Shown here piece by piece: positions 8,156 to 16,202 of a stretch of 64,000 nucleotides of DNA; positions within the stretch are counted from its first letter, which is position 1, and each line of letters starts with the position of its first letter. Under the pieces are notes generated by a model that was not told where the DNA came from, searched no databases, and saw nothing but the letters and a program-made list of their open reading frames with translations. A program made the translations under genes and the position numbers. The DNA is taken from positions 1,649 to 65,648 of the forward strand of contig DYGT01000006.1 of assembly GCA_020724555.1 (NCBI GenBank), in the 5' to 3' direction. The DNA comes from Candidatus Microgenomatus sp. Lineage in GTDB: Bacteria > Patescibacteriota > Microgenomatia > UBA8517.

Positions 8156-9304
8156 TTATTTAAATTTTTGATAAACTTTTAAGATTGACTCGGCGAAATC
8201 GATAATCTCATTTTGACTCAATCCAGGGTGCACATAAAGATTAAAAACTCTTTTTGAAATTTCGACGGCTACGGGGGTTAACGCAACATTACCGATACCA
8301 ATTTTTCGACATATTTGAGTTTCGGGGAGAGTTAATGGGTATTGGCGCTTAATAGGAACTCCTTGTTTCAATACCTCTCTGACAAACTGGTCCCTTTTAT
8401 TAGTAAGCCTTTTTGGTAAAATCCCAGTCAGATAACAATAAACATTGTACGTGTCATCGGCTTCCTTTTGGAAAGTAAGATCTGTATTTGCTAATATCTC
8501 TTTGTAAAGCATGGCATATTTTCTTCTAACCTTGTTTAGGTTATCCAGTCTTTCTAACTGCCTCAGACCTAATGCCGCCTGTATTTCTGTCATCTGATAG
8601 TTAAATCCTATGTGATCAAAATCGTAATCATCCACATTCGGATGTTTAATGCCATTGTTTAATATTGAACGAAGAGTATTAGCGTATGATTGAGAGTTAG
8701 TTGTTATCATTCCACCCTCACCACACACGAGATTTTTTGTTTGATAGAAACTAAAACAGCTAATGTCACCGAAAGAGCCGACAAACCTATCTTTGTATTT
8801 AGCGCCTACAGCTTGTGCGCAATCTTCTATTAGGATTAAATTATTTTCTTTGGCTATCTTGACTAGTTCATCCATTCTTGCAGGTTGACCATAAAGGTGC
8901 ACAACAATCAAGGCTTTTGTTCGTTTGGTGATCTTTTTTAAAACATCCTTGGGATCTAAATTAAAATCATCCTCACAAATGTCTACGAAAACTGGGGTAG
9001 CACCTTCTTGAATTACCACAGAAGCATCCGCCATAAAAGTAAGAGATGGAACCAATATTTCATCTCCTTTTTTCAAATTTAATGCAGCCATGGTCGCATG
9101 CAGAGAGGATGTGCCTGAAGAAGTGGCAAATGAAAATCTCCTTCCGAGCAATCTTGACATTCTGTGTTGAAACAACTTAACATAAGGTCCTCCTTCAGGC
9201 TTAGAAAGGAACCCAGACTTTAAAACTTTCACTACATTGTCTATACCTTTCTTGTCGACATTTTGTTTGTTCATTTTCTTTAATAAAGTCGTTATCTTGT
9301 TCAT
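8156..9304 (-). CDS. DegT/DnrJ/EryC1/StrS-family PLP-dependent (sugar) aminotransferase
   Basis: 382 aa; family-typical layout including SFYQTKNLVCGEGGMITTN (PLP-Lys region) and CAQAVGAKYKDRFVGSFGDISCFSF. Confidence 0.85.
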   Translation of the reverse strand: MNKITTLLKKMNKQNVDKKGIDNVVKVLKSGFLSKPEGGPYVKLFQHRMSRLLGRRFSFATSSGTSSLHATMAALNLKKGDEILVPSLTFMADASVVIQEGATPVFVDICEDDFNLDPKDVLKKITKRTKALIVVHLYGQPARMDELVKIAKENNLILIEDCAQAVGAKYKDRFVGSFGDISCFSFYQTKNLVCGEGGMITTNSQSYANTLRSILNNGIKHPNVDDYDFDHIGFNYQMTEIQAALGLRQLERLDNLNKVRRKYAMLYKEILANTDLTFQKEADDTYNVYCYLTGILPKRLTNKRDQFVREVLKQGVPIKRQYPLTLPETQICRKIGIGNVALTPVAVEISKRVFNLYVHPGLSQNEIIDFAESILKVYQKFK

Positions 9305-9306
9305 GC

Positions 9307-10407
9307 TTAACTTACTCCTAGACCTCCAATTAATTGTTTAAGGCTATCTTCCATGTCATATATGGTGCTAATTTTCCCCGCTAAGATGCTCATGTAATAT
9401 GGGTTTTGGGAATGAATGGTGATAAGAGTTGGTCTTGAATCGTCTTTCTCGGAGGACATTAAAATAGGTTTTACTTCGAAGATTGAGTTTAGATATTCAA
9501 AGTCGATATTCTTTTTGAGATAACTCCTAGCGAGAGATTCCGCCCTTTTATCATCTGGTTTAGCTCTTATACCATTAATGTTCTGCGGTTTTGTGTAGGA
9601 AGTATTTAGTGGAGTAAAACTTACTGATGACAAAGAATAGATACTACCATCACCAAACGGCATTAGAGAGAAAAATGGACCATCCATCACGGTTAGCCCA
9701 ATTCCTGAAAATCCATTATTCATCTTGCATATTTTAAGTTCACAAAGCTCATATTTAATATCATAACCATTAAACCCAAACATTTTATTGATCTCGTTAA
9801 CATTACTGTATGTTGCGTTCACAATAAGCGGTGCTTCGAGAAGAGAAGCGTCTTTTAATGTTAAAACATACTTGGAATCTGAAACTTTTTGAGCGGTGGG
9901 GAAGTTTTGGTAATAAATGTCAATATTTTTATTGTTTGAGAGTTGGTTTAGAAAGTATTCCTTAAGTTTTGCGTAATCAAAACATGCCTCTTCTGCTTCA
10001 AAAACAACATCTACTCTATCTTCCTGGAAAAATAGTGACCTACTAACTTCTTTTAATGGAATTCCAACTTTTCTACAAAATCTAATATATTCTTCTGGTG
10101 ATGTCTTAGAATTTTCTTTCGAAATTGCATAATATTGTTTAAAAGGTTTTAGTATAGCGAAGCTAAAGTCGTTGCAAAAACGGTTGTAATAATTTGCTGT
10201 TTTTCGTGCGGTTTCTAAGCTTCTCGGATAGTGATATCCCCTGTGAACCCTTGCTTGATTGATCTTACTTGCTCTCTCAAAAATTTCTTTTTCTTTTTCC
10301 AATACCGCCACTTTTAAGCCTTTGGACGATAGCACCTGTGCGGCATAAAGACCAAAAATTCCCCCGCCAATAATAATCGCATTATATTTTCTAATTTTTT
10401 TACTCAT
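9307..10407 (-). CDS. FAD/NAD(P)-binding oxidoreductase
   Basis: N-terminal Rossmann dinucleotide-binding motif YNAIIIGGGIFGLYAAQVLSSKGLKVAVLEKE; 366 aa. Confidence 0.7.
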   Translation of the reverse strand: MSKKIRKYNAIIIGGGIFGLYAAQVLSSKGLKVAVLEKEKEIFERASKINQARVHRGYHYPRSLETARKTANYYNRFCNDFSFAILKPFKQYYAISKENSKTSPEEYIRFCRKVGIPLKEVSRSLFFQEDRVDVVFEAEEACFDYAKLKEYFLNQLSNNKNIDIYYQNFPTAQKVSDSKYVLTLKDASLLEAPLIVNATYSNVNEINKMFGFNGYDIKYELCELKICKMNNGFSGIGLTVMDGPFFSLMPFGDGSIYSLSSVSFTPLNTSYTKPQNINGIRAKPDDKRAESLARSYLKKNIDFEYLNSIFEVKPILMSSEKDDSRPTLITIHSQNPYYMSILAGKISTIYDMEDSLKQLIGGLGVS

Positions 10408-11399
10408 GATTCTTTAGATTTAAATGGTATTTGAATTCCTTCTGGATTTATCTGAACATAATCTCTATATTCTTTGATATTTTTTAACTCTTTGATTGTC
10501 TCTCTGAGGAGCTTGATATAAGGTCTATAAATAATCCTTTCTACTTCTGGAGAGATAGGGTAATCGTTGTGCCTGTCGCCAGTGATAATATATCGGTAAT
10601 TTTTCAAATTCATTCTAAAACTGTGGTAGTGATAATAGACTAACGGATAGCTGTCATTCAGCAAAATTTGATCATTTTTCTTGGTGATATCATATTTCTG
10701 AATATTCCACGGGGCAGCATTTGTCCCAACATTAACAAGTTCTCTCACTTTTTTAAATCGTGTTCTCCAATCGTCCAAATACTTCTGCTCTCCAAACTTA
10801 CCATCTTCAAATTTTGATGAACACCATTCCATCGTTCTTTTATGCCACCAATCCAGAATTTTTTTGCTATTTCTGTTTTTCCTAAAACACTGAAAAGAGG
10901 TGCAATAATAGCCAACTCTAACAAAGTCATTTACAAATTGGAAAGAAAAATTGTTTGGCTGGATCAACACATCGGCATTGCCAAGCTCCTTGAAGATTAC
11001 TTCAGGAGATTGAAAAAACATTAAGTCGCAATCACAAGAAGAGATAAAATCCGTGTCCTGCTCTAATAAAACCTTCCTAGTTATAAAAGGGTTGCAAGCC
11101 CAATAGTATTCATATCTTTTTACTTTCGAAGCCTTAACCTTCAGCAATTCCTTATTTTCGAACTCTGTTGGATGATAAATTTTGATATTTTTGTAGTTCA
11201 GCTTCCTAAAAATATTGTAAGCTATATCGTCAAAGCAAAACATGTGTAAGAGAAAGTTTTTATGAACTTTTGACAGAGATTTGTATAAAACAATCGCTTT
11301 ATGCAAATAATTAGCGTCGGTGCTAGTTGCGATATGCCTAACTGATGATGTCCTGACGGATTTATTATTTTGCATAATTAATCGGATCAACAGACCCAT
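10404..11399 (-). CDS. Putative nucleotide-sugar (glycosyl)transferase-like protein
   Basis: 331 aa soluble protein with a DxD-like acidic cluster (SSCDCDLMFF) and overall resemblance to small capsule/LPS-type transferases; weak assignment. Confidence 0.4.
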   Translation of the reverse strand: MGLLIRLIMQNNKSVRTSSVRHIATSTDANYLHKAIVLYKSLSKVHKNFLLHMFCFDDIAYNIFRKLNYKNIKIYHPTEFENKELLKVKASKVKRYEYYWACNPFITRKVLLEQDTDFISSCDCDLMFFQSPEVIFKELGNADVLIQPNNFSFQFVNDFVRVGYYCTSFQCFRKNRNSKKILDWWHKRTMEWCSSKFEDGKFGEQKYLDDWRTRFKKVRELVNVGTNAAPWNIQKYDITKKNDQILLNDSYPLVYYHYHSFRMNLKNYRYIITGDRHNDYPISPEVERIIYRPYIKLLRETIKELKNIKEYRDYVQINPEGIQIPFKSKES

Positions 11400-12048
11400 T
11401 CCTTTGGAATGCCTCTAATCTTGATTTACAATTACTACACCTACCACAGGCAATATCAGAATTGTTATGGCATGACCAAGTCAACTCGAAGGGCACTCCA
11501 AGCTCAAGACCCAACCTGACTGCACCGATCTTGTCAGTTTGAATTAAGGGGGCAACTATCTGAATTGACGGCTTTATAAGAGTTCCCTCCTCAATTAAAC
11601 GCTGCATTGCCTCGACAAATTTTGGACTGTTATCTGGGCAGATATGGTCTCCGCCAGTTGAACCTATACAAACGGCCCCAGCCCTTAAATACTCTGCATA
11701 AGCAATAGCCTGGCTCTCCAAAATAGCGTTTCTGTTGGGAACATATTCATTAACAGCAGTTGTCAGCGTTTCACTCTGAGTTAATGAGACTCCTGGTAGA
11801 GATTTAAGAAGTGGAACTTCAACAACCTTTAAACTTGCACCAAAGTGTTTAGAAAGTGCCTGGGCACACCCCAATTCCTTCTCATAAGTTTTTTGTCCCC
11901 AATCGAAAAATATAAAATGCAACTTAAAACCAGCTCTAGCCATTAGGGCGGCTGCTACAGCGCTATCCAAACCACCACTTACGGTGCATACAGCACTTCT
12001 GCGATCGATTGACTCAAGTCTTTTTTGAATTTCAATTTCTTTTCCCAT
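11365..12048 (-). CDS. queC: 7-cyano-7-deazaguanine synthase QueC
   Basis: PP-loop SGGLDSAVAA, C-terminal zinc motif CGRCSNCKSRLEAF; start chosen at MGKEIEIQ (ATG 12046-12048), directly after the queE stop. Confidence 0.9.
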   Translation of the reverse strand: MGKEIEIQKRLESIDRRSAVCTVSGGLDSAVAAALMARAGFKLHFIFFDWGQKTYEKELGCAQALSKHFGASLKVVEVPLLKSLPGVSLTQSETLTTAVNEYVPNRNAILESQAIAYAEYLRAGAVCIGSTGGDHICPDNSPKFVEAMQRLIEEGTLIKPSIQIVAPLIQTDKIGAVRLGLELGVPFELTWSCHNNSDIACGRCSNCKSRLEAFQRNGSVDPINYAK

Positions 12049-12049
12049 A

Positions 12050-12832
12050 TTAAGTTCTTCTTTTAGGACCAAACCATATAAGCTGATTTCTAAGTGTGAT
12101 TCTCCAACCCCTAACTTCAACTACTTCTCTAATTACACCCAAGTGTGCCTCTACCTCTTCCTTTGTATGTCCCTCAGGCATCAATAAGATTTTTCCATTG
12201 TCTAAATTACATTCCTCAATAATCTTGTCGATTTCATCTAAATCAGAAGGTCTTGTAACCACGAATTTAAATTGCGATTTGGGCAATCCATTTATTACTC
12301 TCAAAACTTCTGGTTTATATCTTCTCTGTAGAGTATTTCCACTATTCTCGAGCTTTGGGGAACAATTAAATTGACAAGTATGCAACTCTGGAATAGGCAT
12401 AACTGTCCCATTTGTTTCTATTTCCACTTTCCACCCTAGCAGTTTTTGCAGAAGCCTGGCAATCTTCTTTTGCTGCAACAATGGTTCGCCTCCAGTTACA
12501 ACCAGCCTTCGCTCTTTTGATGGGGAGAAAGTTGACTCCCAAGCATTACTAATCTTGATGGCAGCTTCATTGTAAGACCAATCTTCTGGTTCTTGCCAAA
12601 ACTCCCGCTTGCTAGTATCCCAAGTATATCCAGTATCACATAACCATCCGTTTGGAACACCGCATGTTAAATTACAGTAGTGAAGGCGCAAAAAGACAGA
12701 AGGTAGACCTGCAGTAATACCCTCTCCCTGAAAAGTCGTAAAAACTCCATCACCACTAACCTTTAATTTATCGGGCTGAGGTTTTATTCTCTCTCGATCC
12801 TCTGGTGTCGGTTTATATATTTCTCGAGTCAT
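12050..12832 (-). CDS. queE: 7-carboxy-7-deazaguanine synthase QueE (radical SAM)
   Basis: Radical-SAM cysteine cluster CNLTCGVPNGWLCDTGYTWD in a QueE-length protein; 4-nt overlap with queD. Confidence 0.85.
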   Translation of the reverse strand: MTREIYKPTPEDRERIKPQPDKLKVSGDGVFTTFQGEGITAGLPSVFLRLHYCNLTCGVPNGWLCDTGYTWDTSKREFWQEPEDWSYNEAAIKISNAWESTFSPSKERRLVVTGGEPLLQQKKIARLLQKLLGWKVEIETNGTVMPIPELHTCQFNCSPKLENSGNTLQRRYKPEVLRVINGLPKSQFKFVVTRPSDLDEIDKIIEECNLDNGKILLMPEGHTKEEVEAHLGVIREVVEVRGWRITLRNQLIWFGPKRRT

Positions 12833-13299
12833 AATCTTTTTTCCAATTTTTCAATATCCTTCCGTGTGCAGATAGCCGCACTTGTAGGTGTTTCCCACAA
12901 CTTGATAGAGTAAAGTCTCAAACCCGTTTTGTATTTATCTTTTATGTGACCATCAAGCTGTTTAAATATCCAGGCGGCAATATTTTCAGAAGTAGGCACA
13001 AATGGAACAATAATATATTTCTGTTCGGCATTTTCCTTGAAGAATTTTACAAGAACCTCGTCTTTATTCCACACCATAAACCCATGATCTAACACATTAT
13101 GAACCCGTTCTGTCGCAATTTTCTTGATATCGCCAAAATCTATCACCATCCCTTCATTAGAAACGCCCTCTATATTTACAAGATCGCCCTCAACACATAT
13201 CTCGGCTTTATATCTGTGACCATGCAAATTTCTACACTGCGAGTGGTGATTAGTTACCCGATGCCCCATATCCCACTGGATTTCCTTTATAACTTTCAT
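12829..13299 (-). CDS. queD: 6-carboxy-5,6,7,8-tetrahydropterin synthase QueD (PTPS family)
   Basis: 156 aa, CRNLHGHRYKAEICVEGD zinc/catalytic motif of the PTPS/QueD family. Confidence 0.85.
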   Translation of the reverse strand: MKVIKEIQWDMGHRVTNHHSQCRNLHGHRYKAEICVEGDLVNIEGVSNEGMVIDFGDIKKIATERVHNVLDHGFMVWNKDEVLVKFFKENAEQKYIIVPFVPTSENIAAWIFKQLDGHIKDKYKTGLRLYSIKLWETPTSAAICTRKDIEKLEKRL

Positions 13300-13300
13300 A

Positions 13301-13885
13301 TCATTTGCTTTGTTGGCTGTTTATTTCTCTATAAAATTGATCTATTAATTTAGTGTTCTTTTTTAGTAACCCTCTAAATATCGTTGTTTTCGTAATACAA
13401 TCTCTTTTTCTTACACCTCTCATACTCATACAAAGGTGTTCTGCTTCAATTGTGACGATTAATCCTCTCGGATTTAAATTTTCCTCTAAAGCATTGGCTA
13501 TTTGGTTAGTGAGATTTTCTTGCGTTTGAAATCGGTGGCTCAAAATTTCCGTCAATCGGACAAACTTAGAGAGTCCAAGCACTTTCCCGTTGGGAATATA
13601 ACCAATATGGATTTTCCCAAAAAACGGGAGCATATGGTGTTCACAGAGACTATGAAACCCTATATTCGTTAGGGTTACTAAATCTTTGTAACCGTTGCTT
13701 TTAAATGTTTTGAAGACTGTCTTTGGATCTTGAGAGTACCCACTAAGCAACTCTTCATACATCCTGAAAACTCTTATGGGTGTTTCTGCTAAACCATCTC
13801 TGGATATATCTTCACCGAAACTATTCAACAACTGGAGGATAAAATTGGTGACTAATTCTTTTCGAGAACCACTCTTATTTGTCAT
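13301..13885 (-). CDS. folE: GTP cyclohydrolase I FolE
   Basis: HSLCEHHMLPFFGKIHIGYIPNGKVLGLSKFVRLTEILSHRFQ is the conserved GCH-I core (CEHH ... VLGLSK). Confidence 0.9.
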   Translation of the reverse strand: MTNKSGSRKELVTNFILQLLNSFGEDISRDGLAETPIRVFRMYEELLSGYSQDPKTVFKTFKSNGYKDLVTLTNIGFHSLCEHHMLPFFGKIHIGYIPNGKVLGLSKFVRLTEILSHRFQTQENLTNQIANALEENLNPRGLIVTIEAEHLCMSMRGVRKRDCITKTTIFRGLLKKNTKLIDQFYREINSQQSK

Positions 13886-14001
13886 ATGTTGGGTTTTAAC
13901 CTTGCACGACGGCCTACACTTTGATGTTGTGCAGCACGCCCAACTACCGTTGCAATAACTGAATTATACTACAATAAGACGGTATTTGCAAAAATTACGA
14001 A

Positions 14002-14967
14002 TTACCTGAGAGCTCTTGAAAGTGCTTTTAAGTTTTCATTACTCAGTTGTTGAAAGGGTTTGTCCAGAACATCATTAGGAATATCCATTTCTGAAATAAT
14101 AGCCCTTGCTTGATTTTGGGTTAGTGTTTCACCCGAAAGTCGTGCAAGTTCAATTAGTCCTTCTTTTAAGGAATTCTTTGTCAATGGGCTGTATCTTGAT
14201 GTTACAAACAATCTTTTTAACAGATAATCCCGCTTGCTCAAGTTCATCCCCTCTCTTGTTTTGGGCGTTAATCTTATGATTGCTGAGTCAGTTCTTGGAA
14301 CTGGAAAGAATTTCTTTTTTTCTATTGTTCTGATTACTTGAGGATTAAAAAATGTCTGAGTTAATAAAGTTAGTTGACCAAATGAAGGATCAGTTTCGCT
14401 GCCTACCTCCATTGCATGCATAAACCTCTTACCGACGACAAGGGTAGCATCATGCATTGGAAACTCCGTAATTTTATGTAAAAATGGTTCAGTAATATGG
14501 TAGGGTAGACTAGCAATGATCTGCGTTCGCCCCTTGCGTTTCCCAACCAATGCAGACATCTCTAAAGCAAGAATATCGCCGTAAACTATTCGAACATTTG
14601 GATTGGCTCTTTCAATTTGTGTCAAAATTGGGCTATAGCGCTCGTCTATCTCTACAGAGACAACTTCATTAGCTCTTTTTGCGAGTGCTTCCGTTAATTG
14701 CCCAACTCCAGCTCCAATCTCAATAACTGTTGCTCTCGATACAACAGAATCCGCAAGTGTATTAATTGCATCCTCATCCACCAAAAAATGTTGTCCCAGA
14801 TTTTCGTTGGGTCTAATTCCCAATCTATTAAGCCTGTCAATAATAAGTTTTTTTAAGTCGTCTTCTCTCGAATAAAGTCTTTCCATACTTTTGATTTTAT
14901 TTTGTATTTTACCCATAATTATAAGGTATTTTACCAAGAAACTAGTTACAGAATCCATAAGATACAA
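14002..14967 (-). CDS. rRNA adenine N6,N6-dimethyltransferase family protein (KsgA/RsmA/Erm-type), paralogue 2
   Basis: GQHFLVD, VIEIGAGVGQLTEAL, SLPYHITEP, C-terminal DIPNDVLDKPFQQLSNENLKALSRAL (KsgA-like C-terminus). The true start may be an internal Met (MERLYSRED at about 14886). Confidence 0.8.
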   Translation of the reverse strand: MYLMDSVTSFLVKYLIIMGKIQNKIKSMERLYSREDDLKKLIIDRLNRLGIRPNENLGQHFLVDEDAINTLADSVVSRATVIEIGAGVGQLTEALAKRANEVVSVEIDERYSPILTQIERANPNVRIVYGDILALEMSALVGKRKGRTQIIASLPYHITEPFLHKITEFPMHDATLVVGKRFMHAMEVGSETDPSFGQLTLLTQTFFNPQVIRTIEKKKFFPVPRTDSAIIRLTPKTREGMNLSKRDYLLKRLFVTSRYSPLTKNSLKEGLIELARLSGETLTQNQARAIISEMDIPNDVLDKPFQQLSNENLKALSRALR

Positions 14968-15338
14968 AGTTACCCCTCGTAAAAGCCAGATGAGAAGGCT
15001 TAGAAAGTTCAGCCTGCTACATCCAACAGTTGTTGTGTATTATACTGTAGGGTAATTTCTGGAAATTCCAGGATGTCTAACCAGTTTGCTCGCCTAAAAT
15101 CGTTCCATTTATCCAGCCAAATAGGACGAGAGGGTCGTAAAGACCTCTTTTGGGCTGATTTATCGGGCATTTTTGCAGGTTCGAAAATCTTTTCTCCAAA
15201 TTATCCCGAATTGGTCCCTTTCGACCCGTTAGCCTCAACCACTGCATTGTGTATGAGTTTGAAGACCAAATAAGGGGTAGTTTTTCTGTTTTAAGTAAGC
15301 AACATCTAATTTTAATTTTTGCTAAAGATTGGTCATAT

Positions 15339-15529
15339 TTATTTTTTGTTCCTCAGTATTGTTTCAATGTCTTTGGGATCGTAACGCCTGTCGCCTCGCT
15401 TATTAACTCTAATAGCCTTTAATTTCCCGCTTTTACCCCACCTGCGCAAAGTCTCTAATGCACATTCAGAACTTCTGCTGCCTGTTTTATGGTTAAAAGT
15501 TTTGGTAATTCACTTTTGGTCTTCGGCAT
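15339..15529 (-). pseudogene. Excisionase-family HTH gene interrupted by a frameshift
   Basis: Minus-strand reading gives MPKTKSELPKLLTIKQAAEVLNVH then a stop. The +1 frame continues LETLRRWGKSGKLKAIRVNKRGDRRYDPKDIETILRNKK, which together form an excisionase-type HTH (LTIKQAAExLxVSxxTLRRWxKxGKLKAIR). Not in the ORF track because each piece is under 60 aa. Confidence 0.45.
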
Positions 15530-15579
15530 ACTTATACAAAATTGTACAAATTCTGGGTGAAATTTGCTATACTGTTTTT

Positions 15580-15793
15580 ATGGACAAAGTTAGAACTGAA
15601 GCTACTTTAACCTGTCCAAAGTGCGGTAAAGACCAAAAGGTCACCATCCATGCCCATCGACGCCTGTCAACACTTCTACAAATGCGTCCACTGTGGGGAA
15701 ATGTTAAAGCCAAAAGAAGGTGACTGCTGTGTTTTTTGCTCATATGCCAACAGCAAATGCCCGCCAAAACAAATAGGATCTCAACAATTATGA
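15580..15793 (+). CDS. Small Cys-rich zinc-ribbon protein, apparently frameshifted
   Basis: Frame A is MDKVRTEATLTCPKCGKDQKVTIHAHRR...; the +1 frame continues MPIDACQHFYKCVHCGEMLKPKEGDCCVFCSYANSKCPPKQ. Successive CxxC pairs suggest one zinc-ribbon protein split by a frameshift. Confidence 0.35.
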
Positions 15794-15951
15794 AGATAAA
15801 CAAGGAATGGCACTTGGCAAACAGGATGCCTAAAAATCCAACACTCGATCAGAGAGTCAAATGGCATGTTGAACACGCCAGAAATTGCTCTTGCCGTCCT
15901 CTTAGTGGAAAAATCTTGGAAGAGATTAAGAAACGAGGCATTAAAGTCTAA
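15790..15951 (+). CDS. Small conserved hypothetical protein
   Basis: MKINKEWHLANRMPKNPTLDQRVKWHVEHARNCSCRPL... reads like a conserved small-protein family; ATGA overlap with the preceding zinc-ribbon ORF. Confidence 0.4.
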   Translation: MKINKEWHLANRMPKNPTLDQRVKWHVEHARNCSCRPLSGKILEEIKKRGIKV

Positions 15952-16202
15952 GCCTGAATCTGTGCTATTGTAGGACTTTCAAAGGTTAGAGGTGGTGGCG
16001 TAGAGTGTATTATCCTCCCGCAATCGTCTCTCTGGGTTATTATTCTCACTTTTCTTTTGTTGGGAAGTATCAATCCAAACCTGAAGTCTAATGTTGTGGT
16101 TTGGTAAGTTCTATCCCAATCGAAAGTTTTGACATGAATGAAGTATATCAAAATTTGAACTAATTTCTTATTCTGCCTTTCGCCATTTTGTTTGACCTTC
16201 AT
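15948..16202 (-). CDS. Small hypothetical ORF, copy A of a locally repeated sequence
   Basis: 84 aa; paralogous to the ORF at 19431-19613 (YFIHVKTFD...ILPNKRKVRIITQRDDCGRIIHSTPP versus YFIHVKTYD...ILPNKRTVTIITKRDEYGRIIRSIPP). Confidence 0.35.
   Translation of the reverse strand: MKVKQNGERQNKKLVQILIYFIHVKTFDWDRTYQTTTLDFRFGLILPNKRKVRIITQRDDCGRIIHSTPPPLTFESPTIAQIQA

Noticed and set aside
9307-10407. Assignment of the FAD oxidoreductase as UDP-galactopyranose mutase (Glf)
   Set aside because: Length and N-terminal Rossmann motif fit, but the Glf-specific blocks (HxYGxHIFHT etc.) are not present, so it is kept generic.
15073-15273. 66-aa plus-strand ORF in the intergenic region right of KsgA-like(2)
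   Set aside because: No RBS, no recognisable motif, and it sits in a promoter-like AT-rich spacer; insufficient support.
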